From Octopus sinensis (taxonomy: Eukaryota), in the NCBI RefSeq assembly GCF_006345805.1, contig NC_043014.1, forward strand, positions 49,600,001 to 49,664,000: a stretch of DNA of 64,000 bases, in the 5' to 3' direction. Each line of letters starts with the position of its first letter. Positions within the stretch are counted from its first letter, which is position 1. A program made the translations under genes and the position numbers. Of this stretch, positions 13,231-26,692 are shown piece after piece. Under the pieces are notes generated by a model. That model saw only the letters and a list, made by a program, of their open reading frames with translations. It searched no databases and was not told the DNA's origin.

Positions 13231-13267
<37 letters not shown>

Positions 13268-13278
13268 TATATATATAT

Positions 13279-13361
<83 letters not shown>

Positions 13362-13409
13362 TATATATATATATATGTATATATATTATATATATATGTG
13401 TATATATAG

Positions 13410-13462
<53 letters not shown>

Positions 13463-13467
13463 GTATG

Positions 13468-13500
<33 letters not shown>

Positions 13501-13501
13501 A

Positions 13502-13590
<89 letters not shown>
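13231..13590. repeat. (TA)n followed by (GATA)n microsatellite
   Basis: Seen directly. Confidence 0.95.
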
Positions 13591-13867
13591 CATTCATTTT
13601 TATACTTTTTGAGATCTAGTTATAAGTTATATGTTTTATAAAAATATATTTTATTTGTTATTTATGTTTTGGTTTATGTCTATCATTGTTTGAGTTGCCT
13701 AATAGTGGTTTTATCTCTAATTTATATTTCATATATATATATATATAAAGCACATAGCTAATTTTTTATACATCATGTGTATAAATAACTATCTATATTT
13801 ACATATGTATGTATGTGTGTACACATACACACATCTCTCTAAATAAATATTTTTTTTCTTTCACTAC

Positions 13868-13903
<36 letters not shown>

Positions 13904-13908
13904 CACAC

Positions 13909-13973
<65 letters not shown>

Positions 13974-15570
13974 TATTTATTACCCACAAGGGGCTAAACA
14001 TAGAGGGGACAAACAAACGGATTAAGACGATTACATCGACCCCAGTGCTTAACTGGTACTTAATTTATCATCCTTTCGGGGTCGATAAATTAAGATATAT
14101 ATATATATGTCACTGTGTGTGTATATCAATCTGTACACACACACACTGTCTTGCTAATTTTAGAGCTAAGGGTACATCATATTGCGGTGGTTAATTGACA
14201 AAACATTGACGATCCCTGTGACAAAAGCAGGTAAATATTTACATAGAAAGACAAACGGGAAACACATCAAAACTAGATTAACATCTGTCAAGAAACAATT
14301 AGTAATTATTATAATTATATCATTAGTATTATTAGCGTTAATAATTATAATAACAGTGATAGATGTAATAAGACCACCAATCTCCCCATCAACCGAGTTA
14401 ATAAACGAGAACAATTATCCTTTTCTGGAAGTCTTGGTGTTCAAATGATTAATTATGATAAATTAGTTGATATTGAAATTTAAAAATATTAATTAATAGT
14501 TATAAATGGGGTAAATTTTCTTTGAGAAAATTGGGGGGAAATGGCAAATGTGATCGGTTAATTAACAATGAAACTACGCAATATCCTTATAAAGACATAT
14601 TTGCGCACACGCTCACAGCTTATATACATACACACAGACACACACACACATATATATATATATTTATATATATATCCACGTATGTATATGTATATATTTA
14701 TGAATATATATAATTAAATAAGTGTGTATATACATACACATACACACACACACATAGGTTTGTTTCCCAATCAGATGGTTCCGGTTTCAGTCCCACTGCG
14801 GGGCACCTCGAGCAAGTGTCTTCTACTACAGCCTTGGGCCGACCAAAGCCTTGTGAGTGGAAACTGAAAGAAGCCCATTGTACATATGCCTTTCTTCGGG
14901 AATGGTATCTTGTCGGAGCTTGCCCCCTCTCCCCGCTTTTTGACAACCTGTGTTGGTGTGTTTACATCCCCCATAACCTAGCAGTTCGACAAAAGCGACT
15001 GATAGAATATGTGCCAAGCTTTAAAAAATAAGCGGTGGGGTCGATTCACTTGACTAAGGTTCTCCCAAGTAGTGCCCTAACATGGCCTTGATAAAAGGCA
15101 CACACACACACAATTTAAACAAAAAGGGAGCTAAGGAAAATAGTTCAGAGTGGACACTGATGTGTACTCGATCAACATAGACAAATACAAGTATATCAAA
15201 TACCATACAATGTAAATCCTTGATTTATTAAAATTATCTCCATCTCTAGATGATGTGTGATAATTACGAAATAGCAATTAAGCTCAGGTCCACATGGGAA
15301 GGGGAGATAATCTCGAGAAACAAAACTTCTCCAAAACTGACATGCCATTCAGAGAAAAGGACAGCTTCATTGTCTAGATGTAAGTGGACAGTAGGGGACA
15401 CATGTTTCTGACTTAATTGCTGTCATCACTGTAACAATTGTCTACCTTTATCTTCAGTGGCCAAAGAACCAAGTCCAGAAGCAAGTATTAGATTTAAAAA
15501 CCCATGATGTTGCATATAACAGGATTTTATTTGGCTGGGTGGCTATTTCCAACCTCAGTAATTGTTTACT

Positions 15571-15898
15571 GATGAAGGCGCGTGGCTTAGTGGTTAGGGG
15601 CATTCGGCTCACGATTGTAAGGTCGTGAGTTCGATTCCGGGCAACGCGTTGTGTCCTTGAGCAAGACACTTTATTTCACATTGCTCCTGTCCACTCAGCT
15701 GGCAAAAATGAATTGTACCTGCATGTCAAAGGGCTGGATTTGTCACACTTTGTATCACGCTGAATCTCCCTGAGAACTACGTTAAGGGTATGCGTGTCTG
15801 TGGATTGCTCAGCCACTTGGAACATTAATTTCACAAGCAGGCTGTTCCATTGATCATATCAGCTGAGACCCTCGTCGTCATGACCGACGGAGTGCTCC
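15571..15898 (+). mobile_element. tRNA-derived CORE-like SINE (family D), full length with 12-bp TSD
   Basis: A box tggcttagtgg, B box gagttcgattcc, gtgtccttgagcaagacactt core; TSD taattgtttact at 15559-15570 and 15899-15910. Confidence 0.9.
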
Positions 15899-16356
15899 TA
15901 ATTGTTTACTCACTTGTTTTTTCTATATATTGATGGTAACAAATTTCATCTAAGCATGCTAGCTTTGAGTACACACCACTGAATACACCCAGCAAGACAG
16001 AAATGCATCTAGCATTCTTAGTCACCATTGCTGGAATGATTTTTCCTCTCCTTCTGATATATATTGTTTTTAACACAGCACATCCCATAAGAGACATTAT
16101 CTCCAGATGAATATCAATGTAAATTTGCCTATCACAATGTGGAGTGGCTGTGTGGTAAGTAGCTTGCTTACGAACCACATGGTCCTCAACTGGGGTCGGT
16201 ATGACTCTTGGGGGTCCATATAAGATTTTGTAATTTTAATACAACTGCTAATGATATTTGAGTATAAAAGTATATACATCAAATGGCTGTGGAGGCCCAG
16301 CAGGGTAAAATAGAAATCAAAGGGGTCCATAGGTAAAAAAGAAAAAAATGGTTGAG

Positions 16357-16514
16357 AAGTGGCTGTGAGGTAAGTAGCTTGCTTGCGAGCCTCATGGTTC
16401 TGGGTTCAGTCCCACTGCGTGGCTCCTTGGGCAAGTGTCTTCTACTATAGCCCCAGGCTGACCAAAGCCTTGCGAGTGGATTTGGTAGACGGAAACTGAA
16501 AGAAGCCCGTCGTA

Positions 16515-16571
<57 letters not shown>

Positions 16572-16782
16572 ATAAGTTTGTATCTGTGTTTGTCCCCCCC
16601 CCCACCATCGCTTGACAACTGATGCTGGTGTGTTTATGTCCCCATCACTTAGCAGTTCAGCAAAAGAGACCGATAGAATAAGTACTAGGCTTACAAAGAA
16701 TAAATCTTGAGGTTGATTTGCTCGACTAAAGACAGTGCTGCTGCATGGCCACAGTCAAATGACTGAAACAAGTAAAAGAGAG
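16357..16782 (+). mobile_element. SINE family A
   Basis: Full-length copy. Confidence 0.85.
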
Positions 16783-16929
16783 TTAGTGTGATAGATAAAT
16801 GGTTGGATGGCTCGCTACGTATTCATACAGGAGAGCAACCATATCAATGTGATATCTGTAGTATATCATTTTCTCTTAATAGCAACTTAACAAGACACTA
16901 ACTTATCCATGTTTCTTGTTTGCTATATT

Positions 16930-17299
16930 TACTCTCTTTTATTCATTTAATTGTTTCAGTCATTTGACTGTGGCCATGCTGCAGCACCGCCTTTAGTCGA
17001 GCAAATTGACCCCAGGACTTATTCTTTGTAAGCCTAGTACTTATTCTATGGGTGTCTTTTGCCAAACCGCTAAGTTACGGGGACATAAGCACACCAGCAT
17101 CAGTTGTCAAGTGATGTTGGGGGGACAAACACAGACACACATACATACATATATACATACATACATATATATATATATACATATATACGACAGGCTTCTT
17201 TCAGTTTCTGCCTACCAAATCCACTTACCCAAGGTGCCACACAGTGGGACTGAACCCGGAACCATGTGGTTGGTAAGCAAGCTACTTACCACACAGCCA
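16930..17299 (-). mobile_element. SINE family A (internal deletion)
   Basis: Reverse copy, tail-to-tail with 16357-16782. Confidence 0.8.
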
Positions 17300-17542
17300 A
17301 TGGAAATTATGACTAAAATATTTCCAAAAATTTGAGATTTTTTCCTTTTGTTTTTTGAAATATTCACCTCCCACTCTTTTTTTTTTTTGACCACTCATGC
17401 AGTTTCCTTTCCATGATGTAAGGACCTCTATACCAAATCTCCTCCTCCTGACTATCCTAGACATTATTATTTCCTGAATATCGTATCCTGTAATTACATC
17501 ATTTTTATTGTTTATTGTATTTTAAATGCTTCACTCATTAAA

Positions 17543-18185
17543 TCATCATCATCATCATCATCATCGTCATTGTTTAACGTCCACTTTCCATGCTAGCACG
17601 GGTTGGACGGTTCGACCGGGGTCTGGGAAGCCAGGGACTGCACCAGGCTCCAGTCTGATCTGGCAGAGTTTCTACAGCTGGATGCCCTTCCTAACGCCAA
17701 CCACTCCGCGAGTGTAGTGGGTGCTTTTTACGTGCCACCTGCACAGGTGCCAGGGGAGTCTGGAATCGACCACAATCGGTTGGTACTTTTAATGTGCCAC
17801 CGGCACGGAAGCCAGCCAAGGCGGCGCTGGCATCGGCCACGTTCGGATGGTGCTTTTAATGTGCCACCGGCACTGGAGCCAGTCGAGGCGGCGCTGGCAA
17901 CGGCTACGTTCGGATGGTGCATTTTACGTGCCACCGGCACGGAAGCCAGCCAAGGCGGCGCTGGCATCGGCCACGTTCAGATGGTGCTTTTAATGTGCCA
18001 CCGGCACTGGAGCCAGTCGCGGCGGCACTGGCATCGGCCACATTCGGATGGTGCTTTTTATGTGCCACAGGCACAGAAGCCAGTCAAGGCGGCGCTGGCA
18101 ATGGCCACGTTTGGATGGTGCTTTTTATGTGCCACTGGCACAGGTATCACAACTACTATTTCCATTGATATTTATTTCGATGTTC
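17543..18185 (-). mobile_element. RTE LINE 3'-UTR copy (family C) with internal ~59-bp tandem repeats and (GAT)n tail
   Basis: ggatgcccttcctaacgccaacc motif and repeated gtgccaccggcac units; siblings at 19490, 20112, 20649, 29201, 39778, 49808, 51020, 56958, 58848. Confidence 0.8.
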
Positions 18186-18565
18186 ATGAATATGTAATAC
18201 AATAACAAAAGTTAAGACTTTCATACACAGCAATATTGTAAAGTTGTCAAATATTTACATAAACAACGACTCCCAAGTACAAAACAGATCACAAAGGAAG
18301 AACATGAGGCATAAGTATAGTTTAGTGCCCCACACCGGATTGATTCCTTTTTAGTTTCTCAATAATGATTTCTTCAAATTAAACTTTACAGAGATAAATT
18401 TTCAAATGTCCAGATTAAGATTATTTGCATAAAATTGAGAATAAACATTTTGGAGGAGATTCTTATTCTCAACCCCACCCTGTTTTTGTCAACCTGCACT
18501 TCAGAACTCGGGAAAACCTACCAGCCACTTGATCAACTATGAATCTGGTGACATACAAGCCATAC

Positions 18566-18826
18566 TCTCTTTACTCTTTTACTTGTTTCAGTCATTTGAC
18601 TGCGGCCATGCTGGAGCACCGCCTTTAGTCGAGCAAATCAACCCCGGGACTTATTCTTTGTAAGCCCAGTACTTATTCTATCGGTCTACCAAATCCACTC
18701 ACAAGGCATTGGTCGGCCCGGGGCTATAGCAGAAGACACTTGCCCAAGGTGCCACACAGTGGGACTGAACTCGGGACCATGTGGTTGGTTAGCAAGCTAC
18801 TTACCACACAGCCACTCCTGCGCCTA
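18566..18826 (-). mobile_element. SINE family A with central deletion
   Basis: Head and tail joined at ggtctaccaaatcc. Confidence 0.8.
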
Positions 18827-19030
18827 TACTGGGGACATTCTCACTAGAAAACAGGGTAGGCAGATACTTGTGAATGCACGGTTCTTCCCTGATAAAGAAT
18901 GGACTTAACAACATGGGTTGGCAGTTAGTGATTTGAGACTTAGAGCTGGAAGGTCTAAGAGATTTCCTAGAAACTTAGGGATCCTTCAAACATTTGGAGA
19001 TATCCTGCCACAGTCACCTATGTATATATA

Positions 19031-19470
19031 GGAGTGGCTGTGTGGTAAAAATCTTGCTTCCCAACCACATGGTTCTGGGCTCAGTCCCACTGCGTGGCAT
19101 CTTGGGCAAGTGTCATCTACTATAACCTCAAGCCAACCAAAGTCTTGTGAGTGGATTTGGTAGACAGAAACTGAAAGTAGCCGGTCGTGTGTATATATAT
19201 ATATATATGTATCGTGGCACTCCGTCAGTTACATATATATATACACACATATTTATGTATGTATGTGTGTGTGTGGGTTTGTCCCCACCACCATCGCTTG
19301 ACAACCAATGTTAGTGTGTTTACATCTCTATAACTTAGCGGTTCAGCAAAAGAGACTGATAGAATAAGTACTAGGCTTACAAAGAATAAGTCCTGGGGTC
19401 GATTTATTCAACTAAAGTCAGTGCTCCAGCATGGCCACAGTCAAATGACTGAAACAAGTAAAAGAATAAA
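19031..19470 (+). mobile_element. SINE family A
   Basis: Similarity to other copies. Confidence 0.85.
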
Positions 19471-19489
19471 AGAATATATATTTGTACAC

Positions 19490-19852
19490 ATAAGAGAACC
19501 ATCCGAACGTGGCCGTTGCCAGCGCCGCCCCAACTGGCTTCCGTGCTGGTGGCATGTAAAAAGCACCATCCGATCGTGGCCGTTGCCAGCCTCACCTGGC
19601 CTCCATGTCGGTGGCACGTAAAAAGCACCATCCAATCGTGGCCGTTTGCCAGCCTCGTCTGGCACCTGTGCCGGTGGCATGTAAAAAGCACCCACTACAC
19701 TCATGGAGTGGTTGGCGTTAGGAAGGGCATCCAGCCGTAGAAACATTGCCAGATCAGACTGGGCCTGGTGCAGCCATCTGGCTTCCCAGACCCCAGTTGC
19801 ACCGACCAACCCATGCCAGCATGGAAAGCGGACGCTAAACGATGACGATGAT
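19490..19852 (+). mobile_element. RTE 3'-UTR copy (family C)
   Basis: Ends in (GAT)n. Confidence 0.8.
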
Positions 19853-19894
19853 ATATATATATAAACATATCCAAATGATTCGTTAGTGGTAGTC

Positions 19895-20100
19895 AATCTT
19901 TGTTACCTCAGAGGTGTTAATTAACAGGGAAGGTGGCTGCACTGGAAGAATGGGTTGGAAAAACCTCAGGGAGTTTCTACCACTGATGGTAATAAAACGT
20001 TTTTTTCCCTTCAGAATGAAGGGCAGATTGTACGATGCATGTGTTAGAACTGCATGGTATAAAAGATGTGTGACTTGAGAAAACTGGAAAGAAAACAGTT
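19895..20100 (+). pseudogene. RTE RT C-terminal fragment
   Basis: GWKNLREFLPL and KGRLYDACVRT-like motifs. Confidence 0.6.
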
Positions 20101-20111
20101 AGCATGCTTCA

Positions 20112-20935
20112 ATCATCACCATCGTTTAACGTCCGTTTTCCATGCTAGCATGGGTTGGACGGTTCAACCGGGGTCTGGGAAGCCAGCGGCTGCACCAGGC
20201 TCCAGTCTGATCTGGCAGTGTTTCTACAGCTGGATGCCCTTCCTAATGCCAACCACTCTGTGAGTGAGTGTAGTGGGTGCTTTTTACGTACCACTGGCAC
20301 AGGTTACAAGGGAGGCTGGCAACGGCCACAATCGGTTGGTGCTTTTTATGTGCCACCTGCACAGGTGCCAGGGGGGGCTGGAAACGACCACAATCGGTTG
20401 GTGCTTTTTACGTGCCACCGGCACAGGTGCCAGGGGAGGCTGGCAACGGCCATGATCAGTTGATGCTTTTTACGTGCCGCCGGCACCAATGGATGTGCAA
20501 TTTAAGTTGCATAAATGACAAAGTATAGAGAAAAAGTGGAGATGAGAGGAATTGGATGCAGAGTAAAAGAAAGGCATCCAGTTGTAGAAACATTGCCAGA
20601 TCAGAGTGACATGTGACATATATGAATGAGGACAGCTGTATAAAGAAGTCATCATCATCATCATCATCAGTGTTTAATGTTCGCTTTGCATGCAAGCATG
20701 GGTTGGACGATTTTGACTGAGGGCTGGCGAACCAGTTGGCTGCACCAGGCTCCAATCTGATCTGGCAGAGTTTCTACAGCTGGATGCCCTTCCTAACGCC
20801 AACCACTCCGAGAATGTAGTGGGTGCTTTTACGTGCCACCGGCACGGCGGCCAGTCAGGCGGTGCTGGCAACAACCTCGCTCGAATGTTTTTACATGTGC
20901 CACTGGCACAAGTGCCAGTAAGGCGATGCTGGCTA
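20112..20935 (-). mobile_element. Two family C (RTE 3'-UTR) copies
   Basis: Similarity to 17543-18185. Confidence 0.75.
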
Positions 20936-21214
20936 GTCACTAAACGTGGATGCAGCTTGTGGGAGACAGAGATCCAGGGAGATGGATGAAAATGTGAAGG
21001 CCGATCTCTGAACCTCACAGAACTATAGCTGGATCTATAGTGGAATTTGAGAGGAATTTCAGTTAATTTAGAATCAAGAGGTCTCAAGGTAAATTTAGTA
21101 AAGACTAAGGTTATATTAAGCAGGAAAGAAGACGGCATTCTGGTTATCTTCAGGGAAATAGCTTTGCTTGTCATGCAGAAAAGGAGGATATATAAAGTTG
21201 TTGTTTTTCCTTCT

Positions 21215-21502
21215 CAAGCCATGCCTGGCTTATAAGGGCCAGTTTCCCAGTTTCCTTGGCGTATAGGTTCCCCACCTGGACGGGACGCCAGTCCGTCACA
21301 GATGAGCTGCAAGATGCAGGAGGAAAGAATAAGAGAAAGTTGTGGCGAAAGAGTCAGCAGAAGTTCGCCTTTACCTTCTGCCGGAGCCGCGTGGAGCCTA
21401 GGTGTTTCGCTCGTAAACTCACACATCACCCGGTCTGAGATTCGAACCCGCGATCCCTCGACCGCGAGTCCGCTGCTCTAACCACTAGGCCATGTGCCTC
21501 CA
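21215..21502 (-). mobile_element. tRNA-derived SINE (ggaggcacatggcctagtgg head; family D2)
   Basis: Near-identical to 50190-50484; head related to 23280 and 60946. Confidence 0.8.
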
Positions 21503-21682
21503 CTCTTCTTGTCGTTAACCTACCTTCAGCGGTTTTTTAAGTAAGGGATCACTAACACCACACAGCTTTGAAGAGCAAATAACAGAAGTGCCAACAGTAA
21601 CACCATTCCTACATTGCAGCTTCTGCATAATCACAAATGTCAACAATAACAGACATGGGCAGACACGTTGGATGTTATCCAT

Positions 21683-22095
21683 CATCATCATCATCATTGT
21701 TTGACCGTGGTCGAGACAATGGAATTTACCATGCTATGCCAGACTTCACGGTCCATCATGGCATTACGGAGGTCCTGTTGCTGGATGCCTGTATCCCTGG
21801 AGATTACATCAGGGTAGGAGAGTGTGCGTCCTCTGGCATTGCGAGTAGATGGCTTCCAGAGGAGAAGAGTAGAAATTACTTCTTTTTCAGCTCTACAACA
21901 ATGTCCAGCAAACTGGACTCTCCTACCTTTCACAAGAGATGACACAGCTGGTAGTTTCCCATATATTTGCATTTTGGTTGGATGGCACCTCCACGAGAGA
22001 TTTTGAGCTCTCATAAGGAGGCGAGTGTAGGTTCCATCCAACCGCCTCTCAAGCTTCTTTGATAACGTCCAGGTTTCTGAGCCATATAGTAGAAT
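21683..22095 (-). mobile_element. 5'-truncated RTE-clade LINE with open C-terminal frame, (GAT)n tail and 10-bp TSD
   Basis: LLYGSETWTL...LDGTYTRLLMRAQN...RRVQFAGHCCR...AMMDREVW; TSD tgttatccat at 21673-21682 and 22096-22105. Confidence 0.85.
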
Positions 22096-22539
22096 TGTTA
22101 TCCATAGTCTCAGTTGGTCATGCTGGGGAATCCAGCCATATGGCGGAGGAGCCTAAGGACTTGACCCTATGACTGGCAGGAGACCTGGAGGTAGGCCAAG
22201 AATGAGATGGTTGGATAATACTCATGGTCTCAGTAAATGTATTCTCGGGGATCCAGAAAATGTAATGACAGCTGCTTCTGAGAGGACCCTATGGAGGAGG
22301 TGCCTGAGGGCTCTATCTCCATGACACTCCCAGGAATAGTGGGTGGAGGAGATGGAGGAATGGACGTATGAATGGGATGTTCCTGGCTTATGTGAAAAAT
22401 AACACTTATAATATTCCAAGTAATACCCTAAGAACTGAACCCTGATTGACACCTACCTGCATGCCAAATTCCTCACTGAATTCTAAGTCAACTGCCACAT
22501 AGCTGATAGTATCTCTGTACGCGGCTTTCAAAGCTCTCG

Positions 22540-22900
22540 CAAGCCATTCATCTCCAAAAAGGGTTCACAGCAACCACCAGACTTCATAGTGTTGAACCTT
22601 GTCAAAGACATTCTCCAGGTCAACCAATGCTAGGTAGAATGGCTTGTGGAGTGACTCAGAACTGTAAATGCTCCACTAGGAAAATAGTACCAGTAATAAC
22701 CTGTCCTGGTACAACAAACTCAAGCTGCATCTCAAATTAACTATTTTTCTCTCTAAATTGGTCATGTTATAACTTTTTTGTTACCTTCATAATCTGGGCC
22801 AACAGTTTGATATTGGCTAAGCTTCCTCTTTGTCTTCCATGAAACTGTTGATGATGACATTGTGACAGTCAGTGGATACAATCCACTTCTACTGAACCTA
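22540..22900 (-). pseudogene. Degenerate RTE reverse-transcriptase fragment
   Basis: LVDLENVFDKV and KLLAQIMKV-like motifs. Confidence 0.6.
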
Positions 22901-23279
22901 ACCAACAATCTGCGCTTGGGTCAAGTTCTACTTGGCCACAGCTTTTCCCTGTCTACTTGCAACAATAGCTCTTTCCAATGTAGCTTCCATGTTCAGCAAA
23001 CTCTCACACTAATGTTTCCTAGTTTTTTTTAACCCTTTTGTTTCCGTTGAAATACGCAACATTTGTTCCAAGGAGGGGATGACAAAAGACCAAGATGAAT
23101 CGCAATTTGCCATGCTCAAAACACTCATCCTTCACACCAAAAATGAAGCCTCCAAGAACATACCACCAATGTCTATTTCCCCCTTGCACCTAATCCGTAC
23201 CTGTCAAATCTTCCCAGCAACACCTTTTCATAACATACACCTCTTCCTCACTCTTCTGACTGTGGTACTATTGCTCAGG

Positions 23280-23660
23280 AGGCGCAATGGCCCAGTGGTT
23301 AGGGCAGCGGACTCGCGGCCATAGGATCGCGGTTTCGATTCCCAGACCGGGCGTTGTGAGTGTTTATTGAGCGAAAACACCTAAAGCTCCACGAGGCTCC
23401 AGCAGGGGATGGTGGTGATCCCTGCTGTACTCTTTCACCACAACTTTCTCTCACTCTTACTTCCTGTTTCCGTTGTACCTGTATTTCAAAGGGCCGGCCT
23501 TGTCACTCTCTGTGTCACGCTGAATATCCCCGAGACTACGTTAAGGGTACACGTGTCTGTGGAGTGCTCAGCCACTTACACGTTAATTTCACGAGCAGGC
23601 TGTTCCGTTGATTCGGATCAACCGGAACCCTCATCGTCGTAACCGACGGAGTGCTTCCAC
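23280..23660 (+). mobile_element. tRNA-derived SINE (family D2 head, D tail) with 13-bp TSD
   Basis: TSD actattgctcagg at 23267-23279 and 23661-23673. Confidence 0.9.
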
Positions 23661-23690
23661 ACTATTGCTCAGGTGTTGTAATTATATATA

Positions 23691-23916
23691 TTTCTTTACT
23701 ACCCACAAGGGGCTAAATACAGAGGAGACAAACAAGGACAGGTAAACGGATTAAATCGATTACATCAACCCCAGTGCGTAACTGGTACTTATTTAATAGA
23801 CCCCGAAAGGATGAAAGGCAAAGTCGACCTCAGCAGAATTTGAACTCAGAACGTAACGGCAGATGAAATACTGCTAAGCATTTCGCCGAGCGTGCTAACG
23901 ATTCTGCCAGCTCGCC
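23691..23916 (-). mobile_element. SINE family B
   Basis: Similarity to other copies. Confidence 0.8.
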
Positions 23917-24616
23917 AAGGGCTGAACTGCACACAGATTCCTTCTTTTTGTGATACTAATAAACCCTCTTCTTGCAACCATTCCCTTTACCATTAATCCC
24001 ACAAGCCCAACATCAGCCATTACCATTATACGTCCACCGAACACCCTTTCATCACTGCCGTTGATGCTGCCTTTTTGTAATTCATTACATCCACCCCTAT
24101 ATGCCTCACATCTGTCACTTTACATCTTTTTCCTCCCCCACACTTCACCTCATCCCCCTAACCAGCTATCCTCGATTCTTCCCCTCCTCTCCTTCCTAGT
24201 CTCCCTCTATGCACCTTGTTGTACCTCGAGGGTGCACACTGATACCTCATCTCAGCCATCCTTTCTTTCTTGCTGGGCTAATCCATGTATCTTCTCTGCA
24301 GCAAGACGCCTGATCCTGTCCATCCTTCCTACCTCAGCCTCTCTATACCTGGTGTAATGCACCTCCCTAAATACTGCGCTCCCATTCTGTGAAGGGGGCC
24401 TTGTCTTTTGTATTACTTGCTGACCCTACTACTGCTGGTACCACGAAAGGAAGAAAAAAAGCACACAATACATTCTGTTTGTTAAGTAGTTGGTGTTAGG
24501 AAAGGTATCCAACTGTAGAACTTGCCAAAACAGACAATAGGGACCAACACAGCCCTCAGGTCAGCATCCAACACATGCCAGTATGGAACATCGATGTTAA
24601 ATGATGAGGAAACAAT

Positions 24617-24890
<274 letters not shown>

Positions 24891-25087
24891 AAGAGAGAAA
24901 GACTTAGGTAGATAGACAGATAGCTATTTCGTTTTACCCTCTCCCTCCTGACTAGGAAGATAAATACTTTAATAAACACTACAGACAGACAGCAGACATA
25001 CATACACAAAGATACAACTGACTGGACAGAATAATTAAAGAGACAACTAGCAAAATGACAGGTGTGAGTGCGTGTATGTATGTATAT

Positions 25088-25133
<46 letters not shown>

Positions 25134-25219
25134 TATAAAGACATGTATGTGTGTAGAGCATGGGATCTTGGAAACAATTAAGATGGTTTCTCGTGTTGGG
25201 TATTGGTACGTAATTGTTA

Positions 25220-25820
25220 TTGTTTAGATTTCATGTCACGTTGATTAAGCAGACTTAGACTTACGATTAAAGGTTTTCCGACTATGACCAAGCCATCTTT
25301 TTATATATATACCAGGGACTAGATGTAATTCGATGGAATTCTGCTGCTATTTCTAACACGCACAGAGGCTCCTTTCTTGGCTCCAGTGTCGTTAAAGTCA
25401 GACTGCGCAAACCTTATAATAACATCGAACTTACTTACTGAAGGCTTTGGCAGTGGTGTTCATCAAACCCTTTAACTGGGTAATATCTGGGACTACATCG
25501 CTGAATGTGTCCCTTCTTTATTTCAAAGAGCAGAAGGGAGATTTCGTTGCTATTTCTAGCATGTGAGGTAATCGGGTAAAGACTACGTCATTGGCAGATC
25601 CGTATTGTTTAGCCCTAGGTCAGACTTGACTGAGCAAAACTTATGACCAAAATGCTTCCCAGTCATAAAGATCCTATCATTCCATCGGGTATGGCATATC
25701 TAGGAGTACAGTATCCGATGTATTACTTTCTATTTTGTTTTTAAGAGCCATTCGGGTGTTAATCTGAGGGACGTGTAGCTGTTATTTCTAGCAAAGTCGG
25801 GCGACCACGTACGAGCGTGG
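25220..25820. mobile_element. Three tandem degenerate copies of an old dispersed repeat (gctatttctagc / gctagaaatagcagcc hallmark)
   Basis: Same hallmark at ~840, ~12780, ~13170, ~38820, ~39560, ~56270. Confidence 0.55.
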
Positions 25821-26123
25821 ATCGTAATGTGTTGTGTGGTGTACTTTGTTGAGTGCATCTTTGCGTAGTTGTGGGGCTCCCCCCCCCCCCCCCGCTGTGG
25901 AACAATAATAACAAGCAGCTTTAATAGTGATTATAAACAAATCATTTTTTTTACCATTCCATGACCCCCGTCATCATCAGCACAGCACCGCCACCCGCGA
26001 CCACCACTAAGGAACCGTCGTCCCCCACGGCCGCCAAATCTTCCCCCACCAAAAAAATGCAATACATACACACACACATATATATACACAATATACAGAT
26101 GTAAATGGGATGTGAGATCGTAC

Positions 26124-26184
26124 CGCTTTCGGAATCAACAGCATCCAAATGATGACCCAACAGAGGTAGTAGTTCATCCGCCAT
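26124..26184 (-). CDS. Candidate first coding exon MADELLPLLGHHLDAVDSES(G)
   Basis: gtcATGG context, donor G|gtacga, CpG-retaining unique sequence, purine-rich leader and upstream E-box; an out-of-frame ATG lies 7 nt upstream. Confidence 0.4.
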
Positions 26185-26680
26185 GACTCATGTTTACTTC
26201 TGAACACATCTAAACACCTCGAAAAGCACTTCGTTTACCTCCCCTTCACCTTTTACTCTTTCTAGCGATCCTCCCCTTCCTCCTCCTTCTCCTCGTCTAC
26301 ATTTCACTTTCGCTTCCTACAGTACCGCTCTCTCACCCCCTCTCTCTATATCTCTCTTCTCCCCTGCTCCACTTCCGCCTTTCTACTGCTGATCCTCTAC
26401 CTTTCGCTCACTCTTTTTTTCCTCCACCTCCGCCTCCTACTTCAACTATCTTCTGCTTCTCCTCCTCCTCCGTCTCCACTTTTCACTCTCAACTGCCTCT
26501 CCTCCTCCTCCTCCTCCGCCTCCACTTTTCACTCTCAACTACTTCTCCTCCTCCTCCTCCTCCTCCGTCTCCACTTTTCACTCTCAACTGCTTCTCCTCC
26601 TACCACCTCTATAACTTACTCGTCTTCCTCCTCCTCCTACTTCAGTCTTCCTGTCTTTTATTTCTTGTCTGGAAGATAGC

Positions 26681-26692
26681 GATCACGTGATC
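26681..26692. promoter_or_regulatory. Palindromic E-box gaTCACGTGAtc (USF/MiT-TFE CLEAR-like)
   Basis: 12-bp perfect palindrome ~500 bp upstream of the candidate ATG. Confidence 0.4.

Noticed and set aside
15571-15645. tRNA-like A/B-box heads (also 23280, 33223, 60946)
   Set aside because: SINE heads joined to SINE bodies with TSDs; no complete cloverleaf, so not tRNA genes
15935-16109. Hydrophobic plus-strand frame (HLAFLVTIAGMIFPLLLIYIVF) and overlapping minus ORF
   Set aside because: Weak splice signals; hydrophobic runs arise easily in T-rich DNA
17603-18205. 200-aa ORF
   Set aside because: Antisense reading of the tandem-repeat RTE 3' UTR, present in many copies
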